Shown here: piece by piece, positions 36,852-45,846 of the stretch | Numbering within the stretch: the first letter of the stretch is position 1 | Layout of the letters: every line of letters starts with the position of its first letter | DNA from: a bacterium | Lineage (GTDB): Bacteria > Krumholzibacteriota > Krumholzibacteriia > G020349025 | Length of the DNA: 64,000 nt | Direction: 5' to 3' | Assembly: GCA_031362565.1 (NCBI GenBank) | Contig: JANLSU010000081.1 | Location: 32,001 to 96,000, forward strand | Made by a program: the position numbers and the translations under genes | Notes under the pieces: generated by a model | What the model saw: the letters and a program-made list of their open reading frames with translations, nothing else | Database searches by the model: none | What the model was told of the DNA's origin: nothing

Positions 36852-37436
36852 TTAGTGCAGGCGCGCGGCGGGTGCGCCCTGGCGCGCTTTCGCATAGCTC
36901 CAGCGGCCTAGAATTGCGGCGCCCGCGGCGGCAGCACACAGTGCCGAGCTCCACAGACTGGCGCGTGCGGCGGCGGACTGCGGTGATGGAATGGCATGTA
37001 CTGCGCCGCTCACGAGCCGGAAGTAGGGCTGCAACCACTCGGATGCGAGCGCCAACGAACCCGGCGCGTACTGCGGCAGCCAGGTGGCGAGCACGGCACA
37101 GCAGAGAGCAAAGATGAACGCCGGGTCCGTAAGAAGCATCCTCCACCACGACTCAACGATCGGCGCTTCATCACCGGCACGAAGCGGGATCGCCCGCTGT
37201 GCCACACGCGGATCACGGCTTGCGATGCCGGCCGGAGAGGTGATTTGGCCTAGAACTCGCGACGCAAAACCGGCGGGCGCGTGCGGTGGGCCGGCCGCCA
37301 GCGCCGCATCAATGGCGCGCGCCGTGGCAAGTGCGGCGCGGCAATGCTCACACGTCGCGACGTGCATTTGCATCGCCGCCGGCGGCTCAGCGCCGCCGGT
37401 CGTATCGAGCCACAGTTCGAACCCAGTGCAGTTCAT
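36852..37436 (-). CDS. zinc-binding (ZAS, zf-HC2) anti-sigma factor with C-terminal TM helices
   Basis: MNC...HVATCEHC (HxxxCxxC); start overlaps the ECF sigma stop. Confidence 0.78.
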   Translation of the reverse strand: MNCTGFELWLDTTGGAEPPAAMQMHVATCEHCRAALATARAIDAALAAGPPHAPAGFASRVLGQITSPAGIASRDPRVAQRAIPLRAGDEAPIVESWWRMLLTDPAFIFALCCAVLATWLPQYAPGSLALASEWLQPYFRLVSGAVHAIPSPQSAAARASLWSSALCAAAAGAAILGRWSYAKARQGAPAARLH

Positions 37437-38011
37437 CGTGCTTCGTCCTCCTGCCAAGCCCGGCGGAGCGCGGTGCGAGCCCGATGGAGGTGCGTCTTCA
37501 CGGTGTTCTCATTGAGACCCAAGAGGTGCGCAACGTCCACCACCGAGCGATCCTCGAGATAAAACAGCGTCACCACGGCCCGCTGCGCCTCCGGAAGCTC
37601 CGCCACCAAGCGCTCGATGCGCAAGCGCGTCCGTGCATCCGGCGGTTGGAGCGGCGAAACCGGCTCCAGCAGCCCGTTGTCCAAACTCGTCTCGCGCTGA
37701 TCGCGCGCCTTCAATCGCGCCAGCCGGTCGAGGGCACAACGCACCACGATGCGGTGCAGCCAAGTGCTGAACATGGCGTCGCCACGAAACCGCGGCAAAG
37801 CGTTCCAGGCCTTGACGAAAGCATCCTGTGCCACCTCCTCGGCCTCGGGAGCCAGCCGCACGATTCGGAGTGCGAGCCCGTAGGCGCGGTCCGCGTGCGC
37901 GTCCACGAGGGCGCGAAACGCGTCGGCGTCCCCAGATCGGGCTCTTGCGACCATCTGGTGTTCGGAGCCGGCCGTCCCGGCGGAACACGGCTTCGCACCG
38001 GGAGTTTCCAT
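37433..38011 (-). CDS. ECF RNA polymerase sigma factor (SigW/RpoE-like)
   Basis: GD.DAF..LV, AEEV.QD.FVKAW..L..FRG...FSTWL.RI, TVKT.L.RAR. Confidence 0.92.
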   Translation of the reverse strand: METPGAKPCSAGTAGSEHQMVARARSGDADAFRALVDAHADRAYGLALRIVRLAPEAEEVAQDAFVKAWNALPRFRGDAMFSTWLHRIVVRCALDRLARLKARDQRETSLDNGLLEPVSPLQPPDARTRLRIERLVAELPEAQRAVVTLFYLEDRSVVDVAHLLGLNENTVKTHLHRARTALRRAWQEDEAR

Positions 38012-38018
38012 TGCTGCA

Positions 38019-38049
38019 TTGGACGGGACGCGGGCCCCGCGAGGTTTCA
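38019..38049 (-). promoter_or_regulatory. ECF-sigma promoter (autoregulatory)
   Basis: TGAAACC-17 bp-CGTCCAA, 7 nt before the sigma ATG. Confidence 0.75.
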
Positions 38050-38123
38050 AGGGTTCTGCCGACCCCGCGCCCTCCGCAACGCCCGCCGGCCATCCAACCC
38101 TCGCGCGCCCCGCACCCGAAAAC

Positions 38124-38154
38124 TGAAACCGCGCGCCGCCCGGTGCCCGTCCAA
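38124..38154 (+). promoter_or_regulatory. ECF-sigma promoter
   Basis: Same TGAAACC-17 bp-CGTCCAA elements, facing the 38235 gene. Confidence 0.75.
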
Positions 38155-38234
38155 GAAGACGTGCGGCGGGGACGCGCTCCGCCCGATCGTGCTCATCCGG
38201 CGCCTCTGGCGCGGAAACCGGGAGATCTGCAGCC

Positions 38235-38642
38235 ATGGGTGATTTCAAGTTCCTGTTGCTCATCCTGCCTATCATAGGCGTATTCGGCGGACTGACGCTC
38301 GGCGTCGTTCGCACCGTGGGGCGCCAGCGTCAAATCGAACTGTTGCAACGCGAGCGCATCGCCGCCATCGAGCGCGGCATCGATCCCAAGATTCTGCCGA
38401 CCCTCGGGGGCATGGGCCAGGATTTGGACGCCCTGCAGTCCGAGTTCGACCCGAACCGCCGGTTGCCGCGTCAGTTGCTGGTCGCGGGGGTGCTCACCCT
38501 CTTCATGGCGGCGGGCTTGACGACCGTCTTCCTGATCACTGAAGAACAAGGCAAGTCTTGGGCGATCGGCATCGTGCCTGGGGCGCTCGGCCTCGGTTTG
38601 ATCGTGTCGTCGTGGCTCGTGCAGCCCCGCGGCCCGCGCTAA
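38235..38642 (+). CDS. small membrane protein (DUF6249-like)
   Basis: N-terminal TM, ER.AAIERG motif, two C-terminal TMs. Confidence 0.72.
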   Translation: MGDFKFLLLILPIIGVFGGLTLGVVRTVGRQRQIELLQRERIAAIERGIDPKILPTLGGMGQDLDALQSEFDPNRRLPRQLLVAGVLTLFMAAGLTTVFLITEEQGKSWAIGIVPGALGLGLIVSSWLVQPRGPR

Positions 38643-38651
38643 GCGCGCGTC

Positions 38652-41447
38652 CTACGGCCGCCGGTAGGCGCGCGCAGTGGGGCGGAACGGACGGGTAAAC
38701 CACTCGGGGCGCCGCAGGCCGTCGGCGCGCGGTTTGACGGTCGCGAGCGCCAGCCACTCGTGATACGCCTGCATCGAGGCGGCAGTGTCGACTTCCACAT
38801 CGCCATAGCGATCGTCCCGTTCGGCGCGCGTCACCGTGACCTTTTGATGCCAACAGTGCATGCCGGAAATGGGATCGGGTTGCACCGCGAACGTCAGGTT
38901 CTGATGCACACCACCATCCGTCCACCACACGCGGCTCGAATCGGGATCTTCGGACTTGAACGGCTTGATGTCGCCCGTGCGGCGCACGCGCCAGCGGCCG
39001 GGACCCGGTTGTTCGATGCGCACCGGCGGCGCCGCCCAACGATCGGTACCCGGCTGGCCCTCGAGCCGCCAGCGCCCGAGATGATGTGAACACGCGATCA
39101 CGCCCGGCCGGATCCCTTCGGTCACCCAGGCCTTGTTGACGAAGAACCCGATGCGCGTTGCGACGCGCACCAGATCCCCGGTCGCGACTCCCACGTGCGC
39201 CGCATCTTGGGGGTGAATCCACACCGGATTGCGGTTCGAGAGTTCATACAGCCATTTGGAATTCCCCGACCGCGTGTGAATCAGCGTCGGCAAACGGAAT
39301 GTCGGCACGAGAACGAATTCGTTGCGCGCCCGGTCGAGCGTCGAGGGATGCACGTGACTCCGGATGTAGCCCGGCAGCACGGCATCCGAATATCCCCAAT
39401 CGTCCATCGTCGGCGAAAAGAACTCGAGTTTGCGGGACGGTGTTTCGAAGCCGATCGCCGGTGCGCCGCGCGATTGCACCGCAATCGCCTTACCGTCGCG
39501 CGACCACACGCCGCGTTCCATATCCAGCGTCGCGCCCGCAACATCCGCCGGTGCGGTATGTGTGCCGTACACCACCGGCTCGACCTCGAACGCACCGTGG
39601 CGCCGCATGTATTCGAGCGGCGTCACCGCCTCGCGGGCCGCAGCCGCCGGCAGGCCCGGCACCGCGTTTTCGAAGATCCACCGGTACTGTTCCTCGACGG
39701 TCAAGCGTTCCCCCGGCCGGTACGGCGATTCGAAGTACTGCCGCACCCCAAGACTGCCATCCGGATCCACCGCCCACGAGAGCGCAATCCAGAACTCGTC
39801 CTCTTCCCAGACTTCGCCCGGGTTCGCCTGCCAGGTCCACTCGAACGTCTCGCCGGCGCGCTCGCGCGCCACGCGCTGCACCGGCTGCCGGAAGCCGATC
39901 CAGCGCGACGCATGCGTTTCCTGGCTCATGAGATCGTGGCGCTCGGGTCCCAATCCCATCGGCAATACGTAGTCGGCAAAGAGTGCTGTCTCGCTCCACA
40001 CCGGCGTCAGTGCGGCGTGCAGGCCGATCTTCGATTCGTCCTGCAACACTTCCATCCAGGTGAAACCATCGGGATTGGTCCACACCGGGTTGTAGACGCG
40101 CGTGAAGTAGACGTCGACCTTGCCGCGGCCTTCCTTCAAGAAGTGCGGCAAGAGAAACGACAGTTCGTGATGCGACAGCGGCCACTCCGGGGGGAAGAGC
40201 AATTCGCTCCACACGTCCTGCGGCGGCGGCTTGCGCCAGCGCGCCGGCACGAACTTGTTCGCTGTGTGTTGCGAGGTACCGCCCGGCGTATTCACCGAAC
40301 CCGTGAGCACGGTGAGAAACTGCAAGCAACGCGCTACCTGCCAGCCGCCGCGATTCCCGGATGCGGCGTTGCGCCACACGTGCGACGCGAAGGCGCCGCG
40401 GGCGCGGCCGATCTCGCGCCCCACGTCCCGCACGACATCAGCCTCGACGCCGCACTCTTCCGCCACCCACTCGGGCGTGTAGCGCGCGTACTCGGCGCGC
40501 AGCAGGGCGCGGAACGCTTCGAAAGTCGCCGGCTCACCCGGTTGGCGCACCGCGAGCCATGCATCCCAATTGACCCACGTGCGCATGAACTCGAGGTCTT
40601 CCAAGCCTTCCGCCAAGATGACGTGCGCGAAGCCGAGGAGCAGTGCCGCTTCGCTTCCCGGATGCGGCGCAATCCACCAGTCGCTCATGGATGCGGTATT
40701 CGACAAACGAATGTCGACGGTGGCGATCTTGCAGCCCGCATTCTTGGCATCCAGAATGCGCTGCGCTTGTGGATTGAAGTAGTGGCCGGCCTCCAAGTGC
40801 GCCGACAAAAGTAGAATGAACTTGGCGTTCGCGTGATCTGGCGACGGCCGATCGCTCCCCGACCACAATTCATAGCCCAAGCGCGCCGCCGCCGAGCAGA
40901 CGTTGGTGTGGCTGTTGTGGCCGTCCACACCCCATGCCTGCAGAATGCGCTCCATGGCGCCATCGTGCCCCGGGCGGCCGACGTGGTACATCACTTCGGT
41001 ACGGCGATTCTCGACCAAGGCCTTGCGAATGCGCGCCGCGAAGGTCGCGATGACCTCGTCCCAAGTTGTCCGCTCCCACTGACCCGATGCCCGCGGCCCA
41101 ACGCGCTTCAGGGGATAGAGAATGCGCTCCGGATCGTCGACTTGATTGAGCGTCGCCGGGCCCTTGGCGCAGTTGCGGCCGCGCGAACCCGGGTGGTACG
41201 GATTGCCTTCCAGCTTGCGAATCTTGTTGGTCTCGCGGTCGACATAGGCCACGAGACCACACGCCGCCTCGCAGTTGAAGCAGATCGTCGGTACCAGCCG
41301 GTAGTGATGCTCGACGCGCCGCGGCCACGCCTTGGGATCGTATTCGACCCAATCGTCCCAGCGATCGCGCGGTGGAAACGATTCCAGCTTGGTCACTTGC
41401 CAGGCCGCACCCGACGGCGCGACGGCGGAATCTTCGGTTGGCTTCAC
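38652..41447 (-). CDS. molybdopterin oxidoreductase catalytic subunit (Psr/Arr/Soe-like branch), no Tat signal
   Basis: CFNCEAAC...CAKG FeS, GHNSHTNVCS, SETA.FAD.VLP, HTRS, W.HP.DA. Confidence 0.88.
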   Translation of the reverse strand: MKPTEDSAVAPSGAAWQVTKLESFPPRDRWDDWVEYDPKAWPRRVEHHYRLVPTICFNCEAACGLVAYVDRETNKIRKLEGNPYHPGSRGRNCAKGPATLNQVDDPERILYPLKRVGPRASGQWERTTWDEVIATFAARIRKALVENRRTEVMYHVGRPGHDGAMERILQAWGVDGHNSHTNVCSAAARLGYELWSGSDRPSPDHANAKFILLLSAHLEAGHYFNPQAQRILDAKNAGCKIATVDIRLSNTASMSDWWIAPHPGSEAALLLGFAHVILAEGLEDLEFMRTWVNWDAWLAVRQPGEPATFEAFRALLRAEYARYTPEWVAEECGVEADVVRDVGREIGRARGAFASHVWRNAASGNRGGWQVARCLQFLTVLTGSVNTPGGTSQHTANKFVPARWRKPPPQDVWSELLFPPEWPLSHHELSFLLPHFLKEGRGKVDVYFTRVYNPVWTNPDGFTWMEVLQDESKIGLHAALTPVWSETALFADYVLPMGLGPERHDLMSQETHASRWIGFRQPVQRVARERAGETFEWTWQANPGEVWEEDEFWIALSWAVDPDGSLGVRQYFESPYRPGERLTVEEQYRWIFENAVPGLPAAAAREAVTPLEYMRRHGAFEVEPVVYGTHTAPADVAGATLDMERGVWSRDGKAIAVQSRGAPAIGFETPSRKLEFFSPTMDDWGYSDAVLPGYIRSHVHPSTLDRARNEFVLVPTFRLPTLIHTRSGNSKWLYELSNRNPVWIHPQDAAHVGVATGDLVRVATRIGFFVNKAWVTEGIRPGVIACSHHLGRWRLEGQPGTDRWAAPPVRIEQPGPGRWRVRRTGDIKPFKSEDPDSSRVWWTDGGVHQNLTFAVQPDPISGMHCWHQKVTVTRAERDDRYGDVEVDTAASMQAYHEWLALATVKPRADGLRRPEWFTRPFRPTARAYRRP

Positions 41448-42943
41448 GAGATCGCCACCGCCTGTCCGGCGCGAATCCAGGCGCGCTCATAGAGCAGCAA
41501 GGCAAAGGTCGCAAGTGTCGCGGCGAGCGCGCCGCAAACCGCCGCCGGCACCGGGCCCGACAGCACCATGTGCCCCGTCCCCAGCATCGCCGCACCGGCT
41601 AGGAAAAGCGGCAGTTGCGATTTCATGATGGCGCGCCCGAGATACACCTGTGCCTTGCGCGCATCGGTGGTGCGCGGCCGGTGGCGTAATTCGCCGCCAA
41701 GCACCAGCGTGTTGACGAGCGACAACGCCGCCAAAAGCGCCCCCGCCGTATGCAGCACTCCCGGCGCACCGGGCAGCACGACGGCCACGGCTGCGCCGAG
41801 GAACGCAGCGCGCAGGACGAGCCGCGTGAACAAACCGCGCTCCAACCACAGATCGCGGCCACGACACTGGGCGAACAACCAAGCGCTGTAGCCCGAAACC
41901 AAAATCCCGAGTGGTACTCCGAGCCAACGCGCTACATCGGCGAGCATGCCTTGGCCCAGAACGCGCAGAACGAGCGATGCGCTCGTCGTCGCGCCAAACG
42001 CCATCAGCACCCAAGCGCCCTTGACGAGCCATGATTTCGTATTCGGCCGCAAGACGAGGCGCCAAAAACGCTCCGGCCGCCCCAAGTCATGAATCAACAG
42101 CACGCTCGTGATCGCCGTGAACAGGAGTGCGACGACCTCTGGCACGTAGTCACGCGCCGCCCCCGCACGCACGCCCAAAAGCCCCAAGAACGGTGCGACC
42201 AGCGCCGCGCCGGCGGCGATGTTCTTGGTGACGAGATATGTCCAGACATGCCAGCCCCACTGTGGCGCGTGTCCGACATCGAGCGTCGTCGTGACATCGG
42301 GAACGGGGTCGAGCCCGGCGACGCGCGGCGGCGGCGGCGTAGCGCGATCCGACCACAGCCAGGCGGCAGGTTCGGCGGCCGCGCCGGGCACGAGCGCTTC
42401 CGGCAGCGCATCGATGTACCACACCCGCGGCCCGGTGCCCTTTTCGAGCCGGCGGCGGCTCGTGGGCTCGTCCTGAATGAGGCGCGCGATCTTCGATTCG
42501 GGATCACTCACATCTCCGGAGACGATGGCTTCCGCCGGGCAGACGATGACGCACGCCGGTTCGAGACCCAGTTCGGTGCGATGCGCGCAGTAGTGGCACT
42601 TTTCCGCCACGCCCGTGTCGGGATGGAAGTAGAGCGCGTCATACGGGCACGCTTGCATGCACGCGCGACAGCCGATGCACTTGTCACGGTCGAGATCGAC
42701 GATCGCATCCGGGCGCTTGTTCAACGCATTCACGGGGCAAATCTCGACGCACGGCGCGTGGTCGCATTGATTGCAACGCAGCACCGTGAAGTGCCGGCGG
42801 ACCGACGGAAACGTGCCCTTTTCGACGTACTTGACCCAAGTGCGGAAGCTGCCGAGCGGGACCTCGTTCTCCTGCTTGCAGGCGACAGTGCAAGCGTGGC
42901 AGCCGATACACTTCCGTTGGTCGATGACGAAGCCGACCTGCAT
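41444..42943 (-). CDS. fused 4Fe-4S dicluster (NrfC/DmsB-like) + NrfD/PsrC membrane anchor
   Basis: CIGCHACTVAC, CNQCDHAPC..CP, CIGCRAC..ACP, KCHYC...PAC..CP; then WGW.V..YL, DLGRPERF, SW...GAW and about 8 TMs. Confidence 0.9.
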   Translation of the reverse strand: MQVGFVIDQRKCIGCHACTVACKQENEVPLGSFRTWVKYVEKGTFPSVRRHFTVLRCNQCDHAPCVEICPVNALNKRPDAIVDLDRDKCIGCRACMQACPYDALYFHPDTGVAEKCHYCAHRTELGLEPACVIVCPAEAIVSGDVSDPESKIARLIQDEPTSRRRLEKGTGPRVWYIDALPEALVPGAAAEPAAWLWSDRATPPPPRVAGLDPVPDVTTTLDVGHAPQWGWHVWTYLVTKNIAAGAALVAPFLGLLGVRAGAARDYVPEVVALLFTAITSVLLIHDLGRPERFWRLVLRPNTKSWLVKGAWVLMAFGATTSASLVLRVLGQGMLADVARWLGVPLGILVSGYSAWLFAQCRGRDLWLERGLFTRLVLRAAFLGAAVAVVLPGAPGVLHTAGALLAALSLVNTLVLGGELRHRPRTTDARKAQVYLGRAIMKSQLPLFLAGAAMLGTGHMVLSGPVPAAVCGALAATLATFALLLYERAWIRAGQAVAIS

Positions 42944-42969
42944 GACGCTCCCTGGCTCGGGAAGCGGCC

Positions 42970-42999
42970 AGCATGTCACGCGCGTTGCGTCAGTGTCAA
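42970..42999 (-). promoter_or_regulatory. sigma70-type promoter of the FeS-NrfD/Mo operon
   Basis: TTGACA-18 bp-CATGCT. Confidence 0.5.
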
Positions 43000-43114
43000 T
43001 TCGGTGCTGGGTGAACCGTGCGATGCGTCCGGACTTGACGCGACGCGCGCCGCCGCTAAGAATCGCGGTTGCGGCCTTGGAAAGCCGCGCGGCCGCCTTG
43101 ACGAAGGAGAACCC

Positions 43115-44200
43115 ATGGTTTCGCGCCGAGGCCTCGTGATGATGTGGTGCGTGGCAAGCGCCACCGGAATGACTCTCGCCCGCACGGCGGCCGCGCAGCC
43201 GAGCGTCACGGCAGCGCCGATTCCACTCGGCCTTCTCGAGGACGAGCGCAACACGATCGCGGTCTTCCGACGCTGCTCCAGGTCGGTCGTCTTCATCGTC
43301 AATGCCCGAACCCGGCGTGACATCTTCACGTTGAACGCGGTCGAAGTCCCGCAGGGCTCCGGCTCCGGCTTCGTGTGGGACACTCTCGGCCACGTCGTGA
43401 CCAACTTCCACGTCGTGCAGGGCGGCGATGCGTGGAGCGTGACGCTCTCCGACGGCAAGCGCTATGACGCCGAACTGGTGGGAGCGGAGCCCAACAAGGA
43501 CTTGGCGGTCTTGCGCATCAAGGCGCCGGCATCCGCCCTGGTAGCGCTCGATCTCGGCAATTCCGAAGGCCTCGTGGTGGGACAGAAGGTCCTCGCGATC
43601 GGCAATCCGTTCGGGTTGGATCAGACGCTCACGACGGGCGTCATCAGCGCCCTCGGCCGGGAAATCAAGTCCGTCGCTGGAACGACTATTTCTGACGTCA
43701 TTCAAACGGATGCGTCGATCAATCCGGGGAACTCCGGCGGGCCATTGCTCGATTCACCCGGCCGGCTCATTGGATTGAATACCGCGATCTACAGCCCGAG
43801 CGGTGGAAGCGCCGGCATCGGCTTCGCGGTGCCGGTCGCGACCATCAAGCGCGTCGTGCCGCAGATCTTGGAGTTCGGGCACGTCAAGCGTGCGGGCCTC
43901 GGCGTGACGCCGCTCGCGGACGGCGTGTCGCGGCAGTACGGGATCGACGGGGTCGTGATCCGCGATGTGGCGCGCGGCGGCGCCGCGGCCCGCGCCGGAC
44001 TGCGCGGGTTGCAAGTGGACCGCTTCGGCAGCGTGATCCTGGGCGACATCATCATCGGCATCGATGATCGCGAGATCCACACCTTCGACGACATGTACCA
44101 AGCGCTCGACCGCCGGCATGCCGGTGATCACGTGCGCGTGCGCTTGCGCAACGATCGTCGGGAACGCGCCGTGGATCTTGTGTTGCAGGAGCTCGACTGA
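43115..44200 (+). CDS. HtrA/DegS-like trypsin serine protease with PDZ
   Basis: GSGSGF, TNFHVV, DLAVL, IGNPFG, QTDASINPGNSGG; AAGGAG RBS. Confidence 0.92.
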   Translation: MVSRRGLVMMWCVASATGMTLARTAAAQPSVTAAPIPLGLLEDERNTIAVFRRCSRSVVFIVNARTRRDIFTLNAVEVPQGSGSGFVWDTLGHVVTNFHVVQGGDAWSVTLSDGKRYDAELVGAEPNKDLAVLRIKAPASALVALDLGNSEGLVVGQKVLAIGNPFGLDQTLTTGVISALGREIKSVAGTTISDVIQTDASINPGNSGGPLLDSPGRLIGLNTAIYSPSGGSAGIGFAVPVATIKRVVPQILEFGHVKRAGLGVTPLADGVSRQYGIDGVVIRDVARGGAAARAGLRGLQVDRFGSVILGDIIIGIDDREIHTFDDMYQALDRRHAGDHVRVRLRNDRRERAVDLVLQELD

Positions 44201-44435
44201 GGCGCGCGCGGCGCCGGACGAAGAGGATCCCCAGCGCCCTGCCAAGGGGTCACGAACGACGTGGAGCGGCCGGCACGGATTGAATGATCGCCAGACGGGG
44301 GGTGTACGCGGTAGATTCCCCCCCGCGGCGAGCCCCAAACCTCGCCGTTCGCCCGGCCAAGCCTTGGCGCTCGAGCCCGGTGACTCACACCAGCGTTGCC
44401 ACACAGGCCCATGCCGGCCTCAAGAAGGACTCGCA

Positions 44436-45050
44436 ATGCCGCGCATCCCGGCCCGACTCGTCGCATCCGTCGTGGGATTGTCGCTCTTGGCTTCCACGGC
44501 GCACGCCCAGTTCGGCGGCGTCGTCCCGCGCCAGAAGCTGTTTGTTTTCGGGATCGGCGGCGGCGTCGCCGTGCCGGTCAGCAATGCGCGAGATGCCTTC
44601 AAGAACGGCTTCAACGGGCTCGCCTACGTTCGCGTTCAGCCGCCCGTCTTGCCGGTGAGTTTCGGTGTCAACGTCACGTTCCAGCGCTTCGACCTCGCTG
44701 ATGCGGAAGTGACCGTCGGCGGCGTGACCACGGCGCAGTCCAGTGGAACGGGTGAACTCCTGGCCGGGCTCGGCGACATCAAATACGATCTCTGGCCGGG
44801 ACCGATCCACCCGTACCTCATCGCGGGATTGGGCGCCTATAACCTGAAGACCGACCCCAGCGGGGCCGCCGCGAGTTCACAGTCCGAGACGCGTTTTGGT
44901 ATCAACGGCGGAGCGGGCTTGGCGCTCCGGTTCGGCCGGATCAGCGGCTACATTCAGGGGCGAGTGGACAACGTGTACACGAGCGACACCGGTGCCATCG
45001 ACACCAAGTCCATTCGTGTTATCCCCGTGACTCTCGGCATCGAGTTCTGA
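44436..45050 (+). CDS. outer-membrane beta-barrel protein (OmpA-TM-like)
   Basis: Signal peptide ending AHA, amphipathic strands, PY..AGLG.Y, C-terminal Phe (LGIEF). Confidence 0.8.
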   Translation: MPRIPARLVASVVGLSLLASTAHAQFGGVVPRQKLFVFGIGGGVAVPVSNARDAFKNGFNGLAYVRVQPPVLPVSFGVNVTFQRFDLADAEVTVGGVTTAQSSGTGELLAGLGDIKYDLWPGPIHPYLIAGLGAYNLKTDPSGAAASSQSETRFGINGGAGLALRFGRISGYIQGRVDNVYTSDTGAIDTKSIRVIPVTLGIEF

Positions 45051-45070
45051 GTTCTGCCGGCGCCGTCCGT

Positions 45071-45826
45071 TCAGCGTTTGCCGATCGTCTTGTCGAGGTA
45101 GCTGCGAATCGCCGCCGCGGATGCCGGCGAGCGCCACATGGCGCGCACTTGGGCGTCCATTTCGCGCTCGAAACGGGCGATGCGATCCACCGTCGGTTGG
45201 CGGAGTTCGCGTTTGGCGAGCGCGAAGGCGCCGGCGGGAATGGCCGCGTAGGATTCCGCCGCAACTCGCGCCCGTTCCAACAAATCGTCGGCGGGCACGA
45301 CTTCATCCACCAGCCCGCGCCGGCGTGCTTCTTCGGGCGCAAACGTGCCGCCCCCATAAATGATCTCCGCCAGACTCTGGTGATTGGCGCCAAACCGCAC
45401 TAGCTCGAGCGCCACGGTCGGAAATGGAACGCCGACGCGTAGTTCCGGCACCCCGACCCGGCCCTTACCGTCGGCCATCAAACGCAGATCGCCGGCACAC
45501 GCCAGCACGCAGCCGCCGGCGATCGCATGGCCGTTCATGGCGACAATGACGGGACGCGGAAACGTGAAGACGCGGAACAGCACTTGCGACAAGAGCGGCA
45601 AGAAGCGATCGACGTACTCGGCGCCGCCGTCCAAGACACGGAAGAGATCGACACCGGCCGAGAACGCACTCCCGGCGCCGGTCAGAACCACGGCGCGCGC
45701 ATCTTCCTGCTCGAGACCCACGAACGCCTCGCCGAGCGCCTGCAACAACTCGACGTCGAGGGCGTTCACCTTGCCGCGCGAAAGCCGCAGCACCGCGATC
45801 TCGCCCCAGCGCTCTCGTTCAATCAT
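45071..45826 (-). CDS. enoyl-CoA hydratase/isomerase family protein
   Basis: VNAL, FSAG.DL, NGHAIAGG, PE..VG, GLVDEVV. Confidence 0.9.
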   Translation of the reverse strand: MIERERWGEIAVLRLSRGKVNALDVELLQALGEAFVGLEQEDARAVVLTGAGSAFSAGVDLFRVLDGGAEYVDRFLPLLSQVLFRVFTFPRPVIVAMNGHAIAGGCVLACAGDLRLMADGKGRVGVPELRVGVPFPTVALELVRFGANHQSLAEIIYGGGTFAPEEARRRGLVDEVVPADDLLERARVAAESYAAIPAGAFALAKRELRQPTVDRIARFEREMDAQVRAMWRSPASAAAIRSYLDKTIGKR

Positions 45827-45846
45827 GTCGCCAGTCTCCTCTTCGA

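Noticed and set aside
7679..41447. Possible selenocysteine in either Mo-enzyme
   Set aside because: Both frames are open with Cys at the putative Mo-ligand position and have no in-frame TGA.
42944..43705. ORF-track extension of the FeS-NrfD gene (753 aa), and the matching extension of htrA from 42089
   Set aside because: Each extension is the antisense shadow of the other gene. The likely starts (42943, 43115) begin the recognisable domains and have nearby RBS and promoter candidates.
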